A DNA stretch of 63,786 nt, the filler included, from Basidiobolus ranarum (taxonomy: Eukaryota), in assembly GCA_040143965.1 (NCBI GenBank). It is 18 parts of 18 records of this genome, joined end to end, with 100 filler letters (N's around TTAATTAATTAA, not from the genome) between each part and the next. Parts side by side here need not be neighbours in the genome. Positions count along the whole stretch, not along the records: positions 10,682 to 14,137 come from JASJQH010002477.1; positions 14,238 to 17,692 come from JASJQH010002478.1; positions 17,793 to 21,246 come from JASJQH010002479.1; positions 21,347 to 24,799 come from JASJQH010002480.1; 14 more parts are not named here. One strand, 5' to 3'. The notes under the pieces are model-generated. The model saw nothing but the letters and a program-made list of their open reading frames with translations, did not search any database and was not told the DNA's origin. Position 1 is the first letter of the stretch; each line of letters starts with the position of its first letter. The translations under genes and the position numbers were made by a program. Positions 12,655 to 24,799 of this stretch are shown piece by piece.

Positions 12655-13709
12655 ATGTTCCGCTCTGTATCTTCACTTACTCGCGCTCCTGTCGCAAACG
12701 TAAGGAAAATTGTCTGCTGATTCCATGTTGAGTGTTTGTTCCCTTCAAATTAAACGTTCTTTCCATAGCAATTAAAAAGAACCTACTACGGCTGGTCTGG
12801 TTCTCAATTTGGGTTTTCCCCAGAAGCTAGAACACCAACTTACAATGGTACTCCTATTACGTCCGATTTGGTTCCAATCGTTGTCGAACAATCGGTAACC
12901 ACTCATTACAGTATACCCTTGTTTAAAGCCATAAAAGTAACACCAAATTAGGCCAGAGGCGAACGTTCTTACGATATCTTCTCAAGACTTTTAAAGGAGC
13001 GCATCATTTGTTTAAATGGACCAGTAAGTTATTTCGAGGAAGATATTACTTATATATATACCACAAGAAACAACTCCTAATTTTTGAAAAATGACGGGAA
13101 TAGGTACACGATGGAACTGCTTCATTAGTTGTTGCTCAACTACTATTTTTGGAAGCGGAGAATCCCGAAAAGAATATCAGTCTATATATCAATAGTCCAG
13201 GTGGTAGTGTTACTGCTGGATTGGCCATTTATGATACCATGCAATATATCAAATCGCCAGTCTCAACTCTTTGTAATGGACAAGCATGCTCTATGGGCTC
13301 TTTATTATTGACAGCTGGTAATTTACATAATTGAAATTACATATCAATTCGGTTTTATTGAAACTTATATATAGGTGCACCCGGAAAGCGTTTTGCACTT
13401 CCTCACTCCAGCATTATGATTCACCAACCCAGTGGTGGTGCATCTGGTCAAGCCAGTGACATTGCCATTCATGCTCGTGAGATACTCCGAACAAGAGAGC
13501 GTCTCAATAAGATCTACAATAAGCATACTGGACAAGATATCCAAGTGATCGGTAAATATCCACCATTACTATGTCTATCATGTTATTCGCATACTTAACC
13601 ACTCGGAAATGATTATTCAGAGAAAGCCATGGAGCGTGACAACTTCATGACCGCAGAAGAAGCATTGGCATTCGGACTGATCGATAAAATTCTACAGAAG
13701 CGCGAATAA
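12655..13709 (+). CDS. CLPP: Mitochondrial ATP-dependent Clp protease proteolytic subunit (5 introns)
   Basis: Presequence [12 protein letters not shown], then [51 protein letters not shown], catalytic [13 protein letters not shown] and [19 protein letters not shown]. Canonical GT-AG introns. Confidence 0.97.
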
Positions 13710-14399
13710 TCTATGTCTATGTTTTTGATTATTGCTTCACAGTGAATATCATTCTCTAAAGCTACTAAGGAAGGTATGAACATGATACTGTCGAGGCAAT
13801 GCTTCGCTTGCTTTCCTAATATTTATCGTTCTTACTTTCTCTAATGAACATTGCTTGTATACCATACATCAAATTAAATTCTTTTGTAAAACCCCTACAG
13901 TGTTTTAGCCTAAAATGAGACAATTTAAAAAAAATTAGACACTTCACAAAATATATGGGACGATTGCAAAAAACTTTGAAACGAGTGAATGTAAAAACAA
14001 TAGGCAGTGTAATTGTTTTTGTCGATGAAGCGCATTAATGTTCAAAGACTTACACTGTATCTTGGATTAGTGTAGCGGTAACTACAAAGGATGGGTTGGT
14101 TTTTTAGTGGGTCGACTACTACTAGCTAATGAGACCCNNNNNNNNNNNNNNNNNNNNNNNNNNNNNNNNNNNNNNNNNNNNTTAATTAATTAANNNNNNN
14201 NNNNNNNNNNNNNNNNNNNNNNNNNNNNNNNNNNNNNATGAAGTGACTGTAGAGCCACAATACGTTGAACATTGCATTAAATCTTTGGAAGCACTCGGAC
14301 ACAACGTTACCAGATTAGCTACCACACAATGTGTTGTTCAAGCAGTTTCCAGACTACCAAGTGGATATTTCTAGATTACTCGTCAATTAATGCAAACAA

Positions 14400-15525
14400 A
14401 TAAATAAGCCTTGGGCTTTGTAGTATTTTCTCCTCTGTTTGGTATTTTACTTTGTACCTTTCTTCACTTATGTCCTGGATCCTTGCTTTCCTTGTTTGCT
14501 GAAAATATTAAGATTTCCACTACCACTTCTGGCATTGTGTTGGGCATGTCAATAGGCAGAATCTTGGTTGGAGGGTCTACAGGATTGCTATTTTCTTAAT
14601 GGTTTTGGTTTGATACAATTTCAATGATTGGATCAGGAGAAAACTAATTTTTGTCATCATATGTGGGCATTTTGGGTGAAAATTTACATTTTCATTAAAG
14701 AAAACATCTCTCAACTTGATTAACTTTGAAATTTTGCTATCATAGAGTCTGTATATTTTAGTTGGAGCACAAAACCCCAGAAATATGCAATTCTTACTTT
14801 TTGGTTTTGACAAGTTTGACATTTGCAATGTATCCAAAGATCCTCAAATGCTGTACATCAGGTTTGACTCTAAACCAAGCTTGATAGGATGTAAAGTTAC
14901 ACAGACTTCTAGTAAAACTCCTACTCCTCAGATATATAGCTGTAGCAACTGATTCCACCCAAATATTATGAGAGATACTTGGTACATTTATCATAGATCT
15001 TGCCATTTCTATTCTAGTCCTATTAGCTCTTTCAGCAACAAAATTTTGCTGAGATGAATAGAGGCAGTAGCTTCTTGCTTAAATCCATGAACTTTGCAAA
15101 AGTGATTAAATAGTGTTCAAGTATATTCTTCACCATTATCTATACAGAGTTTCTTGATTCTGGTTCCAGTGTCAGTCTCCACAAGTGTTTTAAAATATCT
15201 AAGGATAAGGAGAGCTTCATTTTTTGTTTCCAAAAAGTAGCGCAAAGTGTATCTTGTATAATCATCAATAAATGTGATTATATATTTTTTTCTACCTAAA
15301 GATATATTTTGCCTAGGTACACACAGACCTGAATATATAAGATCCAATTTTTTGACAGATTCAATTGAGTCAGAGTACTTGAATGGCTTCCTGGCTTGGT
15401 TTTCATATATATAACCCTCACAAATTTTCATTCTGGTTGGAGGGTTGATTTGAATACCAGAAATCAGGCAATTGTTGATAATTTTGCTCAAAAATCAAAT
15501 CCAATATGGCTAAATCTCATATGCC
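14400..15525 (-). mobile_element. Degenerate Ty1/copia integrase region
   Basis: WHMRFSH, KICEGY, FIDDYTRYT, IDNGEEY, WVESVATAIYLRSR, HLRIFG and YRLYD...RDVFFNE motifs with frameshifts. Confidence 0.9.
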
Positions 15526-16660
15526 ATAACCCTAACAAAAATTTGAGGACTGTTATCATAGGAAATTCATGACAATTTTAATCCATTAGGGATTGACCAT
15601 TTACTTACTGTCATAAAATTGTCAAGTTAAATTTGATTATGATCAATTTTTTCATTTTCAGGAGTGAAATTTCAAGATCTTGCAAAATAGTTGCACATGA
15701 TTGGCTACAATCTCAGAGAACTATGGATCAACACATGCACAAAAAATGTAACTCAAATTTTACACAATTACCACTTGAATGCTAATTTGTCACCTTTGAA
15801 ATTCCTAGTCTCTTTGATATATTCTCCTGAATATTTTTATAGAGTACTTCATACCCAAGGTTTAGCTCATACCCAACACAAGTTTGTATCAATATCTCCA
15901 TCAAAGCCCACCATTGTATTAACATTGCTGAATTAACATTCTTCCAGCTATCTGGCAGATACCTTGCAATATTGTGTCACTCTGCTTTAAGTTCTTCCCA
16001 GATATCTGCATGGTCAACACCAGACTGAATGTTGAGTTGAATGTTCTTCTTCTGAAGCCACTTTCTGCATACTTGCACTGCATTTCTCCTGCATACTTTT
16101 AAAATACACCTCAAGCACTTTGACTATTTTTGTACATCCTTGTAGTGTGACACTACTGAGGGTGCTTTGCAATGTTTGTGTGGCTTTTTGCATGCCTTTA
16201 CCTTCGGGGCTAATTTCAACACTTTGAAAAGTACCAGTTGAGGTTGGATAGCCATGAGTTTTATTTGCTGGTGTTTTGGCTCATTGAGAGGTGCCAGGTG
16301 TTGGATAAACTTCCAAATATAGCACTCTTCCAACTGGTGTACCTGGTTCCATGGTGAAATTAAGGTTTTTTGCCAGTATATCTGACTCTGGAATGCCAAA
16401 CTTTGTAATGGTGTGAAAGATTTAGTAAGTGGGACAGTAGAGCCTAAACTCACTGGCTCCTTTGCTATTCCCTTGAGTTTACTAACTTCCTGCCCCTTCA
16501 GTACTTCTTTAGCTGCTTTTCTTTCTTTTCCAAGTCAATTATTGTGTACATTTTTGAGATGTTTCATGAATAGGCCTATACTAGCCCAATTGCCATTTGC
16601 TTACAAAAACCCAGGATAGGCCACATGAAATAAGACAAGAACCTTCAGAGTAATGCCTGG

Positions 16661-17557
16661 TTATTGGTTGTTCCATGATTGGCTCAAATCCAGGTGATTT
16701 TGGGCAAGATTCCACATAGTTTGCAAAATTTTCAACCACTCATCATCAGAGCATGTGATGGCAGCTCTGACAATCAGAGTCTTTTGGTTTTCCAGTTTTC
16801 CTATGAGATTTCTACTTTCATGTGCCCAAGCAATTTTGGGTTGTTGTGTAGGCTTAATGGTCCAACACATATTCTGCTCTGCTAGATTTTCATGGTGACA
16901 TTCATATGTATGATGTGGGATTGATTGAAATCCCATATGAGAATATACAGAGGGAGCAGCATGTTGCTGTAGCTCAAGTACAGCATTCTGAAGGTCTTGT
17001 ATCATTGTTGAGTGACTATCCAACTGTTTACTAGTTGTTTCCAAACACTGCATTAATTGCAATATTGTGGCATTATTGTTTAACATGGCCTGTATAGCAA
17101 CTTCACAGTTTTTACTTATGAGTGCATACAAATCATTATGGTGTTCTGCCTGCAATTCCCTTGTTGTAATAATTCTATCCAAATTTTTTATGGCGGGTTG
17201 TTCAATAGTGGGCAAAGTAGCCGTTTTGGAAGTTGATGGCCTTGATGGTGTTTTGATTGAACTTTGCTCAACTACTGATTTACTACATAATTGAGGGATT
17301 ACAATCTCTTCACTTGCACTATTGCTGGAAAGGAACACATCTGGTAAGTTTATTAATGCTTCATCTTTACTTGAGTTAGTCTCTGGCATGTTAATGCCTT
17401 CCAAATTGGATAGTGGATTGCTAGACTGCTCATCAATTAAGTCCTCTGTTCTTGCTGGATGGTCTTGATGGTGGTTGTTGAAAGTCTGGTGACTTGTGGT
17501 ACAAGCAGTAATTCCCAAAGAGGAAAATATTGAGTATGGTACTGCATCTGAACACAA
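16661..17557 (-). mobile_element. 298-aa coiled-coil ORF in a repeated, CpG-depleted element (probable ORF1/gag-like relic)
   Basis: Its 5' region (about 17477-17582) recurs in reverse complement at about 56814-56920. It has almost no CG, a heptad-like central segment and broken frames downstream. Confidence 0.45.
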
Positions 17558-19091
17558 AGTCTAAGGCCAATCAGTTGCTTGTTGTTGGATAATTAATCTT
17601 TATTCAACATCATAGTTAACTTTAGTTATGATACATATATCAGAAACAGAAAGCAACGTATCTATAGCCCCTATATTCTAAATAGGAATATCNNNNNNNN
17701 NNNNNNNNNNNNNNNNNNNNNNNNNNNNNNNNNNNNTTAATTAATTAANNNNNNNNNNNNNNNNNNNNNNNNNNNNNNNNNNNNNNNNNNNNCGCAAGCG
17801 GTAATTGAACCAGGGTGATATGTACCCCTTTGATGCCGACTCATCCTAGCCGGAGTTCGAGTTTAACTGGTATTTACTCGGTGTGTAACCTCACGAGTAA
17901 GGCACAAAGAATGATACCATTACACTTATTATTATTAACAAATGTCCCTAGAGCAAATCCAATGTTAGGAAATACGTTGAAGATCCCTAAAATGGCAATT
18001 CGTTTCTCCATTTTAAAGCGACGATTTTCTCATTACACAAGAACAGTATAGGCCAATATAGATGGGTTTGAAAACTCAGCTCGTACGATGTGAGACTCAA
18101 GCCAGTAACCAGTCTAATCATGGGAATTGCTTGCATGGATAGGAAGTGCTTTTGTTTGGAAAAACATCACCGTGATTGCTATAGGTCCAGGACATTATCG
18201 CAGTAGATATTCGAGCAATAAGTGGGCAGGCGACAAAGCGTGCAAATACAAGATGGACTCATTGAGGGATAAATATAGGGTTGTTGCAAAACATTGTTTG
18301 ATTGATTCTTAAAATTGACCTTGTCTTGCCTAATGAGGATCTATTTTAGCAGATAATATCAGCGGTGTAACCGTGACTAGAGATGTTTGCTCTCAGCAAG
18401 ATATGATTATATGAAAGATTGTGCTGCTTTACACAGAGTCAAATGGCGAAGTAGACATTCATTCATTAACCACCCTTGGTAGGTGAGGCTTGGAAGAATG
18501 ACTAGGTTTCTCTTGAAGCCGGTTCTCATGACCAATGTTTGGATTACAGTTGGCCATTCCAATTCTCACCAGACCGTCGTTTCAACTCTTTCTTGTTTGA
18601 TACGTCACTGTAGATATTGGCTCCTTTTATTCTAATCAGAGATGTAATAAAAGCCCAGTTTCCGGGTTGGTGCGTATTTGTCGTTCATAGTCAATAGGCC
18701 GTCGTGTCGTACATATTATCTAAACTTGACACTGATAGGATTCGGTATTTGGGGGTATGACTAAAGCTTGTTGTATCCACTTTTAATTATTACAAATAAC
18801 GATTTTGGTATTTCTTTCAAATTTCAATAAAGAGATCTAGTTTTTCTGAATGAAGTAAAAACTCCTGTGTACTATTGAATGAACGATCATTCTCTAGCAT
18901 TGTTGCATAAATACCTTCCTTCCCTCTTACGCAGAAAGTCAGACCGAGTTGGATCCAAGCTGCCCAATTCATTCTTTACTTTTGGTCCTTCCTTTCTTTC
19001 TAGAATTCTTTCAATATTACTTCTAAGAAAGCCGTTCGAGATCCTAGTTGATAACTGCACACTGATCCTTCTACTAACCTCTATCTAATCA

Positions 19092-21246
19092 ATGGCTGTC
19101 GTCCAACTCACGAATATCTCCGGTGATCCAGCAACCGGGCTAGATCGACTAATCCTATGTGAGGGACATGCTACCCAAGATCAAACATCCCTCTACCTTA
19201 TACTCTATGAACACCCGTTCAGCATTGAGGATACTCAGATACTTCTCACTAGGCATGGTATTGGAGCAACCCAGTGTGACTTGGAGGATATTTACGAATT
19301 TTACAATTCTGTCAACGTGGACTCACGTACCTTATTCATATGCCATAGCTCGGAAAAGTTAGAAAGCCCCAAGATTCTTAGCTGTATCAACATACAGAAA
19401 TTTCAACTGGTTGAATCCTTGGATGCTCAGAAAAGTACTATACATATCGAAACTCTCAAGCGTAAATTCGAATTCACTTTCAATGATCCGCTGGAGGCAA
19501 GTCGCTGGATAAAAGCTTACTTCGAGCCATCAACTAACCCATATTGTGACTCTGAACCAGAGGAGAGGCTCTCAAATATCCCTGATGGGCAATTGGACGA
19601 ATCCATCGCCGACTCGCTTGCTGAAGTCAAACCGAAAATCAAACGTAAATGTTTAAGATTAGTTCGCCAAATAATTCGACGTTGGTCCCGTTTGAGAAAG
19701 TCGATCAAGAATAAGCCGCGTAGAATAAGGTACGTGTGAGAGTATAGGATCAAATGTGAGAGAAAGTGGACTAAATATCTTTCTTCATTGTACTATTACA
19801 CAGTCTAGATCTACCGTTCTCTAGGGAATCGAAGAACAACTTCGTCTATCCTCCGTAAGTAAACCACGCTTTAGAATTTACATCTATCAACGTACTAACT
19901 GCTGCTTAAGTCGGCTACCTATGCTCCTTCATTGGAATCATCACCTCATCGTACTCACTGAACACAACGATCTATGGTGCCTAGATTTTACCTCTCAATC
20001 AGATCCCCTTTGGACCAAGTCGTGGCCCACGGCTCCTCCAACTACTCTAAGTTGCATCGCCATCAACAACAACACCATGTACGCCCTAGGAACTAATGAA
20101 AAGATTTACATCGTTTCGTTGGGTTCAACAGAGGAAAAGAATATAGTTGAGTGGCGAGAGGTGAGAGTGGATTCGGAAATCCCTAAACGTCTTCGAATAC
20201 TACATGGCCAAAGTGATGCCATCTTTGGGATGACCGAGGAGGGTATAGCCTGGAAATTCACTCTCGATAACCCTTACGGTAATTTATCAGCTCAAGAATT
20301 TAAAAATGGGAGATTTTCGGGTATAGTGAGCAACTTCATGCCCTCAGGTAGTACTTCATATTGACGCTAATTGAACTTGTAACTATTGACTTACAATATC
20401 ATTCCACCTTAGAAATCGGTGCTGGTAGACTTTTGGTTTACGACTCCAACAGTAACGTTTTCTCCTTGGATTTCCAAACCGGAAGATCGAGGAAAATCCT
20501 TCGTGGAAACGTTGAAATGGGTCAACTGACACAGCTAATACTACATTTTGCTGGACGTCCTATCATATTCAATGTCCAGGAGTCCGACCATGGAACTACC
20601 CAAATTCATTTGAATCACCTATCTATGTTTCGTTGGAACACTCTAGATCTCTCTCTGGATCACTTGTTGACTCATACTACTTTAATTCAAACGCAGAATG
20701 GGTGGAGGCTATTTGCAGTTGACTCTTTCAACACGGTGTATACTAAAGACATTGAAAATTTGGAGGAAAATCCGCCTTGGGTAGAGAACTGGCTAATCCC
20801 ATTGCCAGAAAAAGCTTCATATAGGAATAGTGATCAAGGGTGGGAAAAAATCCCTACTTCTTTAAAAGGAGGATTTCGGGATCTTAGCGTCAGTGGAGAT
20901 GGTGCCGTATGGGGCTTGGCTCAAGATATGTCGGTTTGGAGTTTGGGAGTAGAAGGCGATGGGTGGTGGAAGCCTATTGATGGAGAATTCACTTGTATTT
21001 CCGTAGGAATGAAGAATAACATCTGGGTTGTGGATACCGAAGGAGACGTGTTCTATAGGCTTCGTGATAATGTTTGGGCGAAGGATAGTGAATCCCGCGG
21101 GTTTAAATGTGTAAATGTTGGCTCTGACGGTGTGGTATGGGGGCTTGATCTTACTGGCCATCTATGGCAAAGAGCAGAGAATGGATGGAAACAGCCAACC
21201 GCAGAGGACCTAGACGATGACTCGGAAGATGCTGAGGCAAGGAAAT
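19092..21246 (+). CDS. Protein with N-terminal PH-like region and C-terminal tectonin-type beta-propeller repeats (3'-partial)
   Basis: PH-like end RKFEFTFNDPLEASRWIKAY. Repeats FRDLSVSGDGAVWGL, FTCISVGMKNNIWVV and FKCVNVGSDGVVWGL. Introns at about 19730-19803, 19855-19910 and 20321-20412. Confidence 0.7.
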
Positions 21247-21346
21247 NNNNNNNNNNNNNNNNNNNNNNNNNNNNNNNNNNNNNNNNNNNNTTAATTAATT
21301 AANNNNNNNNNNNNNNNNNNNNNNNNNNNNNNNNNNNNNNNNNNNN

Positions 21347-23284
21347 GATGGTTTTGCTATTTTGGAGGGTGGATCCGATCCGGATCAAATTGATTTTATT
21401 TTTGTTAGGGTATCCATAACCCTCTGGCATGATCAAATTCAATCACATTTACTCCAATATATTGATCCATGGTCCAATAAACCATGGCACAATGGATCAA
21501 GTCCATTCTGCAGCTCCATTTTGCTGTAGAATATAAGGTACAGTAGATTTGTTGCTTAATTGCATGCTCAGAACAAAAGTTAGCAAAGTCTTCAGAGCAG
21601 TATTCTCCACCATTATAACTCCTCAGTACCTATTTTTTGGTGCGGATTCTTTCTGCACCAATACTTTGTAGTCCTTGAATGTAGCTAAGGCTTCAGATTT
21701 TGACATGAGAAAAATCTCACATCTATCTTGTTTTGTCTTCCATTAAGGTCATAAAGTACTCTTTCCCACCTAGTTAGACATTGTTCATGGGCCCACATAC
21801 ATCAGAACAAATCAGGGCAAAATTTTGACGGGATTTGTTCTCTCCAGTGCTTGAAAATAGCTGTCTGTGAGGTTTTCCATCTATGAAATCTTCATACAGA
21901 TCCAATTTAGTGATATTATCAATTTTTTAGCCTGAAACAAGCTGATTTTGGATCATTTGGGTCAGTTTTTGTTCACATATGTGGCCTAATCTTCAATGCC
22001 ATGTTTGTCAGCTTATTTCATTGGTTTTGGATAAGGTTGCCTGCTCAGAATGCAAATTTCTGATTTCTAGCTTATATAGGTGTTGAGTTGTGTTCCCATT
22101 ATCTAATTTGTTATTATTCTGATCTTTGATAAGGCATCCAGCCTTGCTGAACACAAAATTTAGTCCTTCAGTTGTTGCTTGGCTTACTGAGAGTTGATTC
22201 TTGGCTAGAATTAGTACATAGAAAACATCATTCAATTTTGTAGGTGGTGTAGCTAAATTTTGGTCTGAAATGATGACAAATGTGCCCTTACCAGCTGCAT
22301 CTAGTGCATAGTCTTCACCCAAGTAGGCTTTCCTGATTGGAATAGGTTTTTAAGCTGGAAAACCTATCTTTCTTGTTTAACATATGCTGAGAAGCTCCTG
22401 AATTAATATACCATGTTTCTGAGTCTTCTTCAGTGATTACTGATAGGGCAGACATATATAGATGAGTCCTATGAGTGTTTACTTGATTTGCTTTTCCAAT
22501 TTTTGCTTTTTGGCAAAAATCCTTTTTCTGCAATCTTTTATTAAATGGCCTGAGTGTTTGCAATACTTGCACATGTTTGATTTCACATTAGAGGCATCAT
22601 TATGGAAGCCTGTTGGATGTTTTACAGCACCTAAAAATGCCTGAACTGCATTATTTTGCTGAGAATTAGCTCTCCTTAATTCCTCATTCAAGAGCCTAGC
22701 ACCAACATATTCCATTGATAATGCTTCTGATCTTGATTCTACAGCAATTATGAGGATCCCATGCTCATCTGGTAGGCTCCCAAGTAGTGTCAAGTTTAAG
22801 TCATCTTTGTATATAGGTGCTCCAGTTAATGAGAGCTGTTCTGCCATGGTTTTTATCCAATTGCTATGATTGAGTATAGAATCATCAGAATTCTTCTGCA
22901 TTGGGAATAAATTTCACCTAAGATATAGCCTAATAGCATATTAGCCAGACTTTTAGTCTTGTACAGTCCCTCAAGTGCTTCCCAAGCAGTTTGGAAGTTT
23001 TTGGCTAAATGTATGTGCCTCAATTGAAAGTCACTGAGATCTGGACAAGTGTGGAGAGTGCTTTCCTTGGCTTCTTGTGAAAGGCAAAGATAGCTTCTAG
23101 TGGTCCCTTGGGCTCTATTTCTTATCCTGTAACAAATCCCCAAAGATTTTTATCTTCTAGCACCATTTTCAACTTTAATTTCCAAAGGTGAAAATCTTCA
23201 CTATCAAACTTTGCTGTGGATGCATAAATGTTGATAATAGTTCTGGTAGATATTTGTTTAACAGCCAGCATGGAGCTCATAACC
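21347..23284 (-). mobile_element. Degenerate Ty1/copia element, family B (PBS, gag, protease, integrase)
   Basis: Gag KFDSEDFHLWKLK, LLGSLPDE, CKYCKHSGHLIKDC, protease WYINSGASQHM, integrase SDVCGP and NGGEYCS. Many stops. Confidence 0.92.
23273..23284 (-). promoter_or_regulatory. Primer-binding site GGTTATGAGCTC (complementary to the tRNA-iMet anticodon arm)
   Basis: Directly follows the LTR end ...TTTTATCA on the minus strand. The same motif occurs at 46957, 57668 and 60014. Confidence 0.75.
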
Positions 23285-23634
23285 TGATAAAAGTGTTAAG
23301 AGGATTTGGAAGGGTTTTTGGCAGGGTTTGGATTTGTGAATTGGACATATAAGTTTTATTGAAATGAATATGTCCTATCTATAGTTTACTATGAAATAGG
23401 ACTATTGGATGTGCTTTGATCATAAAAAATATGCCTGTTAAGCATGTTTGAAAATTTGATGTGATTTGGAGAAGCTTTGAGAAAATAGTGAAAATTGGCA
23501 AAAGTGATCTAATTGATATTTTTGTCAATTAAAGCAATGAACTCATTTTTGAATGGCAGAATTGAGTGCTAAATAATCAGAATATGAGTAAAATAACTAC
23601 AAAATAATGAGTTGCTATTTATCTAATTTCAACA
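23285..23634 (-). repeat. 5' LTR, copia family B (about 350 bp)
   Basis: Minus strand TGTTGAAATTAG...TTTTATCA. Homologous to 46969-47320, 47624-47970, about 56920-57667 and 60026-60148. Confidence 0.85.
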
Positions 23635-24478
23635 TTTCTCAATACATGCTTTCTATCCTGATTAGTTTTATTGTATATTTTTTGGCAGACTTCTAAATGT
23701 ATGAAGAAATAGTATTCTCTTCAAAAGAGAGTTGAAGTTGCTTCCATTTTTGTCTCAGCCCCTCTTCCCCTGCCTCTGTCAAGTTTATCAACAACTCTCA
23801 TATATCCAAGAATCAATTCACAGTGGATACATGGGAATCTGTAAAATTACAAGGCTTGTGCTGCTCTGTACCACCTACACCTTCATTAGTCTGTGTGTAC
23901 AAAATTTTTGAGATTGTGATTTCTTATACCAAAGTAGGTTGTGAATCAGGAAGTATTTGTTTTGAGATGATATGTAGCCACCATATAAATGTATGAAGTT
24001 GGTATTTATTGATTTCAATCAGAATTAGAGATCTTTTTATATTACTTGCTAAATTGTGTAAGTCAGTGTGATCAAAAATAATATGTTCTTCACTGAGCCA
24101 TTTGGATGTGTATGTGTAATAAATTGCTTCAGATCATACTATGGACTTGTTCCATTATGCCAGAAGTTATCAGACCTTAACTCAACATATTAGGGTGATT
24201 GTGATTGCAATTGCTCATGCCAGAGGATGATGGATAGTGCCAAATTGTGCCACATAAACCTTAAAAGACTTTATCCAATATGACATATGCAGCTCAGTCA
24301 GGCATTATCCATGGGAACAAGTACTATGAATGGCATTATTGATCTTAAAGTATTTGGGAGCCTGTTTAAAGTGGTTTAGAGAATTAGAAGAATTGGAGGT
24401 TTTCACTTATTTATTTATTGAGTCAAAAGTTGACATTTATAGTCTTGTCAAGTTGTAACCAAACTAACATGTAGAATA

Positions 24479-24799
24479 TGCTACAGAAGGTCACAGGAAC
24501 ATGTGTGCAAATTTTGGGACTTCTAGCTCAAGTTTGAAAAATCAATATATCTGAGAACTTCTAAGTTGGTAAAAATATACTAAGTAAATTCTGACCTAGA
24601 ATAATGGATAATATCTTAGTGAGTTATTGGATAACTCAATACTAAGCTATATATGACTATATAGGTGCTTAGGCATTGCTAATTTCAACACTCTCCTTCA
24701 ACTAAATAGTCATATAAACTAATCATAATAAAGGTCTAAATTTCTCTAATTTCTCTCTAGCTAATGGTTTGGTTAATATATTAGCAATCATATCTTCTG
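24479..24799 (-). mobile_element. 3' end of a copia element: RNase H end, polypurine tract and family A 3' LTR
   Basis: Minus strand encodes EDMIANILTKPLAREKLEKF (copia RNase H terminus), then GAAGGAGAG immediately before the TGTTGAAATT LTR start at 24690. Confidence 0.85.

Noticed and set aside
15524-15536. Isolated telomere-like words (TAACCCTAA at about 15527, AGGGTTAGGG at about 25212)
   Set aside because: Fewer than two full units and no adjoining hairpin motif. Compatible with chance.
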